A DNA stretch of 64,000 nt. Source: Octopus vulgaris (taxonomy: Eukaryota). The stretch is from assembly GCA_951406725.2 (NCBI GenBank), contig OX597823.1:109926001-109990000 (forward strand), read 5' to 3'. Made by a program: the position numbers and the translations under genes. Under the pieces are notes generated by a model. The model had not been told where the DNA came from and ran no database searches. It saw nothing but the letters and a program-made list of their open reading frames with translations. This document shows positions 52,835 to 64,000 of this stretch, piece by piece. Position 1 is the first letter of the stretch, and the number at the start of each line of letters is the position of its first letter.

Positions 52835-52892
<58 letters not shown>

Positions 52893-52941
52893 TATAGTGC
52901 ATTACAGAATTGAAACGAATCCTAAGGAAGTACACCTATAT

Positions 52942-53162
52942 ATATTTCTTTATTGCCCACAAGGAGCTGAACATAGAAGGGACAACTAAGGACAGACAAA
53001 GGGATTAAGTCAATTACATCGACCCCAGTGTGTAACTGGTACTTTATTTACCGATCCCGAAAGGATGAACGGCAAAGTCGACCTCGGCGGAATTCGAACT
53101 CAGAGCGTAACGACAGACGAAATACGGCTACGCATTTCGCCCGGCGTGCTAACGTTTCTGTC
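52942..53162 (-). mobile_element. SINE family D with 13-bp TSD
   Basis: Reverse-complement copy lacking the first few nt; TSD AGTACACCTATAT at 52929-52941 and 53163-53175. Confidence 0.92.
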
Positions 53163-53889
53163 AGTACACCTATATTATAATGCGTTTATTTATGTGTTTA
53201 CGAATACATGTACCTACGCACACATATATATGTATGTGTATACTTGTATTTATGCGTATATGATTATCTATGTATGTATGCATATGTGTAAGTTCAACTC
53301 TCTCTGTTTATATATGTAAATATGTGGGTCTGTGTTTGTGTTTGTGTGTGTGCTTTTGTTGCGCGTACGTATTTATGCGTGTACAGTTTTTAAAGTTATA
53401 AGAGTTATTAATTTAATAATGCAAAACGTCATGATGTAAGACCCAAGCGCCATTTTCCCAATGATATACCGATGTAAAATGCAACAATTGCAACATATAG
53501 ATTGACATTTAATGCGTCACTCAGGTCGGTTAGCGACCTTTATAATGGTTGATAATTGTATTTTATTATTTGTTATGTGTTTTATTCTATATTTCCTAAA
53601 ATATGACCCAGCATCATGATGTCATGAATGCCTGTATTCAACATAAGAAATACACGAGCAGAGAACTTGAGAAGACGTTGGGATTCGGTAAGTTTAATCC
53701 AGTGATGGAACAGTTTAGTTGTAAAATGTGTAACAAAGATAATATCAACAGTTTTTAAATGAGAAAATATTGAATGAGGCAAAGTTGTTTCTGTATAAGA
53801 TCCCAGAAATGTGTAGCGTGCATGTAAAGATAGCAGACAATTGAAGATAGTGCATAACGACCAGTCAAGTGTGACAAGAAAGAGTAATT

Positions 53890-54006
<117 letters not shown>

Positions 54007-54054
54007 TGTGTGTGTGTGTATATGTCAAGTACTTCCAATTCTTATCAACTATGC

Positions 54055-54190
54055 TTACGTTCTGAGTTCATACTCCGTCAAAGTCGACTCTGACTTTCAT
54101 CCTTTCGAGGTCGATAAAAGAAGAACATTAGGGTTTATGTAATCAAGTTGCCTCCTCCCCAAAAATTGGTGGCGTTGAGCAAAAATTTTA
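54055..54190 (+). mobile_element. Degenerate SINE D-related fragment
   Basis: TTACGTTCTGAGTTCATACTCCGTCAAAGTCGACTCTGACTTTCATCCTTTCGAGGTCGATAAAA. Confidence 0.7.
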
Positions 54191-54611
54191 AGCAAATATT
54201 TATCAATTATAATTTCGTATTAAACACCATGTACTTTTGTTACTTTGTCTCGAAAATTTCCTGAATTTCTTTTTATGATGACACAGAGTCGTTGAAACAC
54301 TGCGAATGTCTTTCACCATAGTTAAATAACTGTCTTTGTTCACTGTTTACTTTTAACATTTCTTCAGCTACAAAGAAAATGGACGTGAACTCGTTTTATT
54401 CGCGAGTTTTTTTCCGTCATTTCCTTCGAAGTGGTTCACTACGATTCAAACATTCGGTTCAGATCTTCTGCTTCTTTTCATTTCTTCTTCATTTTCTTCG
54501 ATCCATATGCATAGAACTTCAAATGGATAATGATCACAGAATATTCCTTCTACCACAAAACCATTTAAAAAATGCTATTACTTTCAGTCAGTGCTAGAAG
54601 TATCCCATCGT

Positions 54612-54785
54612 CAGCTACCGTGCAGGAAATCGCAGCCAAATCACTCAGAAATCATATCTCACCGTTTTAAATAATAAAATTGCACAAAGGATAATGTATT
54701 TTAACATGCCATTGAAAAGATGTGACGCTGACAACTGGAATGCCTTTGATCATGGTTGTCTTTGGTTAAGCAACGACCACAGCCT
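54612..54785 (+). mobile_element. Dispersed repeat family F, degenerate (extent uncertain)
   Basis: GAAATCGCAGCCAAATCACTCAGAAATCA is related to the arms of the 50533-50650 hairpin, to 14593-14615 and to the 94-bp minisatellite unit. Confidence 0.5.
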
Positions 54786-55456
54786 CATCTTTGCCATCAT
54801 CATTATAGCCATTAGCATAACAGTTGTTTTACTTTCTGCTACTTCAAATTTCCATTTGTGTATTGTTTATTAGTATCCTTCCTGATCCAGCATCATCCTG
54901 TATATGAGACCGAGCATTTACAAATATGATTTGATCTTCTCTTTCCTATGTCTTCATTGATTTTGTCTCTGCCATACGCATTCCAGTATTAAATCCCTCA
55001 ACCACATAAAAATGAAATGATGCATCGCTTTTCCTTCAGAAACACTACTTATACTACCCCACCCCGGACTGCTTCTACACACAACTGTCCATAATATAGC
55101 TTCTTACTAGATTAAACCTTAAAGCTAATGATTATATGAATAAGAAGAGATACACCCTGATTTCAAAATCCCCCAATTTCACTTTAGACCTTAACACTGC
55201 ATTTGTGTTTACTTATATTTCAAAATCCCAATGGAAGGGTTAAGATGCTTTTGATGAATACAGTAAAGCTTAGCATTAGATCCAGCCAAGTCAACTTAAG
55301 CTGTCATCTTTATTTTCCAATGATGATACAGTAAATACCAGTAATTTATTGAGATAACTTCTCAATATTGTGACAGTTTGACGGATAACTACGCCCGACA
55401 CACCACCGTATACACGTGCCTGTATATATATACATACTTATACCATTATCCTTATT

Positions 55457-55498
<42 letters not shown>

Positions 55499-56439
55499 AG
55501 AGAGAGAGATAGAGAGAGAGACTTACACACACACACAGATGCACACACTCAGATATAGAAAAAAGTGAGAGAGATCGATAGATAGACGTTACAGATATAA
55601 AAAGAAACATAAATATATACATACATATATATATATATACTTATACATACGCACATACGTGCACACAAACACACACACACATATGTATAGAACCATATAC
55701 ATAGGCTGTAATACTTGCACAAGCAAAACCTAATTTTGGGAATTAAAAGCAAAACCAAGCAAATAACAGAATGGCTAGAACATTCTTCGACGACGAATTT
55801 CTATATGGAATTACTTCTCGTAGAATCAGTTGCATTCAAACACGTTGCTTAAACTACCTTATCCGCCTTAATTTTTTATTATTTTTTTCAAATCTTTCTA
55901 TCTCTTGGTGCACAAGATGAAACAGTGTATTTCTTAGACGGCATTATTCGTCCGTCCATCACTTCCATCAGGTGATAGAGAACTCTTAGAAAATTAGAGA
56001 TTCTTTGGAATAGACATATAGTGACAGAGACACCGAAAGGCGGAAATACGTACAGATATGCCAAAAACACGCAAGCACATATATGCATACAGCTGGAATT
56101 TTATCTAGCTTTTCACTCTTGGATCTTAAAACACTTAAATATTGTTTCGCTTCCTTCACCAAGTATGGTATCAGGCTCCATCTCGGCACTTCTGCCACCG
56201 ACACTAATAATACATTGACAATACGACCAGCATCACCACTACCGCCAACACCAACAGCAACAGCAACAGAAACAACTGCCGTGTCAACAACAACAACAAC
56301 AACAACAAACTAACAATTACAACAAAAAACAATATTACAAAATAAACAGCACCGCAATAAGTACGGAAATATACATAGAAGAAGATAAATAAATACACAT
56401 AAAAAAGCTAAAATATAAATATATGCTTACGAACACATA

Positions 56440-56447
56440 TGCATATA

Positions 56448-56529
<82 letters not shown>

Positions 56530-56588
56530 TATATACATATATATATATATATACACATATATATATACATACATACATACATACATGC

Positions 56589-56623
<35 letters not shown>

Positions 56624-56674
56624 CACACATATATATATACATATATATATATATATACATACATACATGCATAC

Positions 56675-56707
<33 letters not shown>

Positions 56708-56755
56708 CATATATGTATACATATACATACATATACATACATGTACACACATATA
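56440..56755. repeat. Compound (TA)n/(TACA)n microsatellite
   Basis: Direct reading. Representative of many similar tracts, e.g. 5574-5633, 20819-20912, 21475-21652, 33990-34202, 59200-59480. Confidence 0.95.
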
Positions 56756-57399
56756 TTTAGACAGAAAGAAAAAAGAAAGAAAGAAAGAATATAATGCCAA
56801 TCTTAATATTTTTCATGTAAAGCAAGTGGCTTTACTGGCGTTGTAATTACTTCAATATCAATATCAAGCTGGTTCTTTTGAGTTTAATGTCCGATGTCTC
56901 ATGTCACAGTTTTATCCCATGAGGGTGAAGCCAAACCACACAGTGGGAAAGAAAGGCAAAACCTTTTGAGTTCAATGAGTCAGCTCCCGGAGTTTTCTGC
57001 TATTAGGTTTATATTTGTCATAAGCCCCATGAAGAAGATTAGATATGGTGTTTTTGAGAAGGGGAGGGTGCCATACCGAATTTCAGGAAACTAAAGGAAG
57101 AAAACAAGAAAAAGATAGTTGAAACTCATGCGTAAAGACCTTTCCGAAAAGAAATAAAATAATAAAGAAATATTATGGGAAAGAAAGTATAAATAAAAAG
57201 TAAAAATTTCCATGAGAGATATATAACCCCATCACAAAGAAAAATAAGCCAGAGCTACAACAATAATTACACAAGAAGAGTTACAACGACAAAGTTTATA
57301 TGTGTATATATATATATCCGTCTGTGTGTGTATACATATAAATATATACGTATATATATATATTTATATATATGTACATATATATAAATATACATATTT

Positions 57400-57457
<58 letters not shown>

Positions 57458-57521
57458 GCATGTATATGCATATATATATATATATATATCTATAGTAATA
57501 TATACATATCTATATACATAG

Positions 57522-57563
<42 letters not shown>

Positions 57564-58174
57564 CATAAACATAGATATATACTAATATACATATACGCAT
57601 ATACATATTATGTATGTATACATTTACGTGTGTATTCACATAAATATATGTATGTATTTATGTGTGGGGGTGATTAAATTTGCAGAAAATGTAGAAATAT
57701 AGCAGCAACAAAAGTTTACAATTACACCATCAACAATAATGTCAACAACAAACTAGCAAACAATAAGAGAAAATCTAGAGAAATTACAAAAAAAAAAACA
57801 AGAAGAAGAAGCAAAAATAGCGAAACGAAAAAGGAGGAAAATAACCAACAAAATATTCAACGAAAATAATATAAAGAAAATGTAACAAAACAACTATGAA
57901 CACAACAACAACTACCACAGCTACCAATGCTAATACTGCCACCACAGCAACTGCTGCAACAGCAACAACTATCTATAACAACAATGACAATAACAACGAT
58001 GTCGACTAGTCAAACGAATGTCAGAATAAAAAGCAAGTTTCATATTCTTAGTCGTAGCTTTGATTCTACAACGGACCATTTGGAAAATTCACTGGATTTT
58101 TCGTTTTGCATATTTATTTGTCACATTTTATTTTATTTTTTGCTTTCAGACATTATTGTCATTGCTGTTGTCGT

Positions 58175-58219
<45 letters not shown>

Positions 58220-58220
58220 T

Positions 58221-58308
<88 letters not shown>

Positions 58309-58330
58309 TATTATTATTATTATTATTACT

Positions 58331-58386
<56 letters not shown>

Positions 58387-58613
58387 TAGTATTATTATTA
58401 TTATTATTATTATTGTTATTATTATTATTATTATTAATATTATTATTATTATTACTATTGTTATTGTTATTATTGTTATTATTATTATCATCATTATTAT
58501 TATCATTATTATTATTATTATCATTATTATTATAGCCATCATCATCATCATTATTATTATTATTATTATCATTATTATAATTATTTTTATTATTATTATT
58601 ATTATTGTTACTA

Positions 58614-58644
<31 letters not shown>

Positions 58645-58731
58645 TATTATTATTATTATCATTATTATTATCCTTATTATTACTATTCTTATCATTACTA
58701 TTATTATTATTGTTATCATTATCATTATTAC

Positions 58732-58800
<69 letters not shown>

Positions 58801-58830
58801 CATCATTATCATCACAATCGTCATCATTGT
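58175..58830. repeat. (AAT)n followed by a long degenerate (ATT)n array
   Basis: Direct reading; source of the 200-270 aa poly-I/L ORFs. Confidence 0.95.
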
Positions 58831-59236
58831 GTTTGTTTTCATTTTGCTTATTGTTGTTGACGTTGATACTATTAATAATGTTATTGTTACGGTTGATGTT
58901 ATTGGTTCTGAAGATGTGTAGCTATTGTTGTTGCTGCTCTCGTCGTTGATATTATTGTTCTTTATTTGTGTTTGTTGTTACCTTTTGTTGTTTGTTTTTG
59001 TTTTCGGCAAGACTTAAGCCGCTTCTACTATACATTCATTGTGAATATGTTAGCATCCTCAGTCAATCTCTGTACCATGCTGGTGACCAAAACCAGAATC
59101 TAATCCATTACAATGTGTCTTTATATTCTCATACTATTTCTGAACATATAAATGCAAATATATATTAGACACACGCACATACGCATATGTATAATGTATG
59201 ATTATATATATATGTATATATATATATGTATGTATG

Positions 59237-59271
<35 letters not shown>

Positions 59272-59390
59272 ATATATATATATATATGTATGTATATATA
59301 TATATACATATATATGTATGTATATATATGTATATATATATCTATATGTATGTATATTTATATATATGTATATATATAAATATATATACT

Positions 59391-59442
<52 letters not shown>

Positions 59443-59580
59443 TATATACACAAACACATATATATATATATACATATAATATCATATATCATTTATATAA
59501 TATTCATTTGAAATAATAATCCAAAGATCTCCGCTCTCTATCTAATTCCAACTTATAGAAAATGAAAATGGACATAGTAC

Positions 59581-59632
<52 letters not shown>

Positions 59633-61200
59633 GTAAAATAATATCAAAAGTTTAATACCGTAGAAGATATTTATATTGTAAATGGCTTCTCCAAAAACCA
59701 TCTTTCCCCGTCATTCTTATCATTCGTATTTGATTCTGTCACTTAAAGTAATGCCATTTTCCTTATCCTCCCATGCCATTCTAATGACCTGTATCAATGG
59801 CAATGGAAACACAAGCCATTCCGTAGACAAATATTTCCGACGTGAGCTGGCATTGCTGACAAACAGCAGCTCTGATGGCCAGATTTATTTTCTTATAACT
59901 TTTATAATAATAGTAACAATAATAATAATGCTCTTATTTACTTATTTATTTCTATATTATTTACATATTTCTTTCATTTGAGAATGCAATTTCTATGTCC
60001 ATCTATTTGTTCTTTATCATTTATAATGCGGGTTTCATAGATTTGCAAAGTTAAGCGTTTATTATTATTTGTATGCATTATACCGTCTACATATGTGATA
60101 CTGGTCAAGAGTGAAATAATTATTTATTACATACTGTCATCTTCACCATTCTCACCGAGTTACTTCTCTGTACATTACCAATTATTAAGAGATTTCTAAC
60201 AGATAACTCAAATGTCTAATTTTGGTCAAAGTGGATATCTTGATATATATTTTAACTTCATAAATATTTCACATGAAATCTAAATATGAATTATCACGCT
60301 GCATTGGTTGCATATTTAAATATTAAAATGATGGTTTTAATTATTTTTAATATTATCAACATCTCAAATAACCACAGTAATTTTGAATAGAGAAATCAAC
60401 TAAAATCAATTTTGGTGATAGCAACCATGTTGTACTGTTTATGCAAGGAAGACAGCATCCCAGACATTTTTTTTCAAATTTCTGAGCCGTTAGTGATTAT
60501 TTGGCAGGTTTGTATCAATTGACTTTCCTTTATAACCATATGGAAATAGTGCCAAAAAACATTGATTAGGAACCAGATATGCGATAAATTGACAGTTTAA
60601 ATATAAAGGGACACATTTCGATTTGCATAACCTTATTCTCTAGGAATAAGGAAGTACATCAAATACTTGTGCGTATTTAATCATCACCATTGGCAGAGTA
60701 AGCTTCCTCACAGTTTGTAAGTTTCATGATTTAAATTCAACAATTTATGTTATCACACCTTATCAGACAAGTCTGACACATAAGATATCAACAGACTGAA
60801 TTTTAGCAAAGATTATGTATCATATATAAGACTATCGCATTACAAGTCACAATACAGAGACATCTCATGTAGTTAAAAAGGCAAAGGTATCGCTATAAAA
60901 ACGATAAGCAAGAGGCTGAAGACCTGTAAGACCTGCAGAACTTTCTTGCATCAAAGTTCTATTTCTAATGAATTTTAAGATAAGAATTTACTTCTAGATC
61001 AGGAATGTTAACCCAAAATGTTAACATCAAAATCTCCGAACGAAGGAGGGTTACCTAGGTGTGTCAAACAAATAGTAAAATAGACTCTCCTTAGCGCATA
61101 AGGCATGTCACACAATAGTAAAATAGACTATTCTTAGTGCATGAGCACTGAAGAATTATCCAATACAGATATCGAAGATAAATTATATTTAATTTGAGGT

Positions 61201-61433
61201 AAGGCGGCGATCTGGTAGAATCGTTAGCACGCCGGGCGAAATGCGTAGCCGTATTTCGTCTGCCGTTACATGCTGACTTCAAATTCCGCCGAGGCCGACT
61301 TTGCCTTGCATCCTTTCGGTGTCGATAAATAAAGTACGAGTTACGCACTGGGGTCGATGTAATCGACTTAATCCCTTTGTCTTTCTTTGTTTGTCCCCTC
61401 TATGTTTAGCCCCTTGTGGTTAATAAAGAAATA
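61201..61433 (+). mobile_element. SINE family D with 17-bp TSD
   Basis: Full copy; TSD TATATTTAATTTGAGGT at 61184-61200 and 61434-61450. Confidence 0.93.
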
Positions 61434-61482
61434 TATATTTAATTTGAGGTGATGATGAGCCCAATATGTGTGCGTGTATATA

Positions 61483-62277
61483 CAGGGTGCAGTAAATGAA
61501 TTGCCGTAGAAATTACGCAAAAAGAAAAATAATACTGACATCTCATTTTAATAGAGATATTTACCAAAATTACATAAGAATATCTTGAAATACTAAAAAG
61601 TAAATTTATTCAATATAATTGCCATTGACATCAACAACGGCCTCCAAACGACTGCGGGATCTTTTGCAACTCTTCTGGACGGTCTCCTTGTTTAAGTTGG
61701 TGAATGTTGCCATAATCCGTGCCTTCGGTTTTCTTTGGTGTTACAAGGAATTTTGTTGGTCTTCCGCTCAACTTTGCCCTACATATAATAATCAAAGGGG
61801 ATGCAGTTTGGAGAGTTAGGTGGCCAGAAGTTGTCTGACAGCCGTGACTGTGATCTCCCTATATCTGTTGCCAGACATAAGGTCTTCCAGTAGCCACCCT
61901 CTTGACCCAGAGCAGCACTACCTCCTCCAGGCAGTTGATGTAATCCTCCGTGTTGAATCTAAGACCATGTGAGAAGATGAATGGAGGCATAACTTTGCCA
62001 GCACTAGTAATCACTCCAAACACCATGATGTTGACTAGATGTTTGATTTTATCACTCTTAGTACATGCCCTCATATTGCACTGTCCTCAGATAGACACTC
62101 TAACACTACAGTATATTGTTTCCAAATTTCTGGCAGGGTGAATTGCGTCATGGTGCTGTTTTTATGTCAGGTGGTGCCCAACTAACCCTACTATACAGTG
62201 TTATCGACAAAGTCAAAAACAAACAATGCGCGAAATTAAAAATATAAAATGGCAAACTTTCGCCCATCGCACCCCTG
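61483..62277 (-). mobile_element. Internally deleted maT-like (DD37D) transposon with both ends
   Basis: TA-CAGGGTGC...GCACCCCTG-TA termini. Minus ORF KHLVNIMVFGVITSAGKVMPPFIFSHGLRFNTEDYINCLEEVVLLWVKRVATGRPYVWQQ, then WPPNSPNCIPFDYYM. Same family as 16634-17220. Confidence 0.9.
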
Positions 62278-62332
62278 TATGTATATATGATATGTGTTTA
62301 TATGTATGTATGTATGAATGTATGTATGTATT

Positions 62333-62381
<49 letters not shown>

Positions 62382-62635
62382 GCACACATACATACAAACG
62401 TACGTGTACACATACACATATATTCATGTAACTATATATATGTGTCCCCGTGGTAATGACTGCGAAGTTGTATTATTTAGCATTGGATTAAATACATTTT
62501 TACATAATAAATACCAGGCTAAATTTAAACTTGGTACTCTCTATATCATGGACTAAACGAAACTTGAACATGTGCCCCCTATAGTATCAATCCCGTTATT
62601 GAAACCACAAAATACCAGTTCAAAATACCAGTTCA

Positions 62636-62694
<59 letters not shown>

Positions 62695-64000
62695 AAATAT
62701 CCGCATACTCTTGTAATACATAATAGTTGTTAATAAGAGAGAGAGAGAGATAGAGAGAGGGGGAGAAAGAGGGAAAGATTTACCAGCGGATTGGAACGTA
62801 ACACCTTTCTGGTAGATCCCGACCCCCCGATGAAATAGCCAGTTAACCAGTTTGAATATGAAAATTTTTAATTAATTCAATTTCTCAAATTGAATTCATT
62901 GGCTATGGAAACGGCTGTAGGGATAAGAATATCATATCATATTAATATGAATATCTTTGAATAAATGTCAATATGTCAATATTTCAATTTCTCCATTTTC
63001 TTCTTTTTCTCATTCACACACACACAATCATACACACAGAGAAAAACACAAGCACACACATATATATTTATACAAATATATATGCATATATTTATATATA
63101 TATTCACACATACATACACACAAATGTATATATGCACGAACTCAAAGACATAAGCACACACACACAAACACGCACACACACACACATATACATATAAAGA
63201 GAAAGAAAATGTGAGCATGAAATTATACTGAGTGGAAAAAGTATACTGACTGGGTGAATATATGTAAAATAGGGAGTTAGGGTTATAACCATCGGTCATG
63301 TGGTATTATCTAAGCAATTAGTAGACGAGAACTCGTTCGAGAAGTGTTTAGCACCTAAAACAACCAGAAGTCATGATTGCAAAACGTTGGGTAGATGGAG
63401 ATTTTTGAACAACAATTCTCTGTGACACGTTGAAAGTTGTGTCAGGGAAAGTTTAGTCAAAATTGATCAGAAGACTACTGCAACCGCCTCGGTAAATTAT
63501 TGAACGCATACACAATTTCAGAATTAACCAATTGGCAAAATTGAAATAGGTGAATGAAGAATAAATAGCAGTATTTAAATGAATAGAAAGAAATGAAACA
63601 AAGAGCATAATACGAATCGATTTCTACATGTGTAAACTATTCTGTATATTTAAAATGTAATTCAAGGAGTTGCACGTAAACATAACAAGTGCACGCTTAC
63701 ATGCGCCCACACATATAAATCCAATCCAATCATGCAAACACAAAAACACATGCATGCATGTGTGCAAACATACATACATTTGCCCTATCTGTTTAACTAT
63801 TCTGATATTGTTTTGCGCTGTGAAACATGGATAACAGATTAAAAGAATTATTTGTGTGCATATTACCTAAGTGTGCCACTCAGGCCATGCACAACAAAAG
63901 CCTTCAGCCATATGGACCAAACACACAACATGAGCAAAAAATAGCTATTTTCTTTCTCCTTTCTCCAAACACTCTCAGTAGTTAATCTGCTCCAGTTTAT

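Noticed and set aside
56900-57114. Strong minus-strand splice acceptor at 57091-57114 with a downstream unique segment
   Set aside because: Downstream frames close within 37 codons and resemble no protein I recognise.
59798-59822. AATGGCAATGGAA resembling miR-263/183-family microRNAs
   Set aside because: The seed and 3' region differ and there is no proper ~60-nt precursor hairpin.
61072-61148. 43-bp imperfect tandem duplication
   Set aside because: An ordinary two-copy local duplication with no further structure.

Overview
AT-rich eukaryotic non-coding DNA, packed with microsatellites ((TA)n, (GT)n, (ATT)n, (ATCT)n, (GAA)n) and transposon debris. The repeat landscape most resembles an octopus/coleoid cephalopod genome; this is an inference from recognised repeat types, not a database result. 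I found no intact host protein-coding gene: nearly all listed ORFs are translated microsatellites. Supported content: at least five short interspersed families (labelled A-F here), several with clear 11-17 bp target-site duplications (TSDs); decayed mariner (DD34D) and maT-like (DD37D) transposons, two with both TIRs; CR1, RTE and Penelope-like RT fragments; and a 12 x 94-bp minisatellite. Most notable: (i) five degenerate minimal hammerhead-ribozyme-like motifs of Penelope type, two inside short modules embedded in (TA)n; (ii) SINE-D multimers that share one GGTATT junction, one of them enclosed by a single TSD; (iii) a ~550-bp retroposon found only inside (TAA)n arrays; (iv) a minisatellite apparently born from the end of a dispersed repeat; (v) several fold-back hairpins and an inverted SINE pair that could form dsRNA. 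Boundaries were read by eye and may be off by a few to tens of bases.
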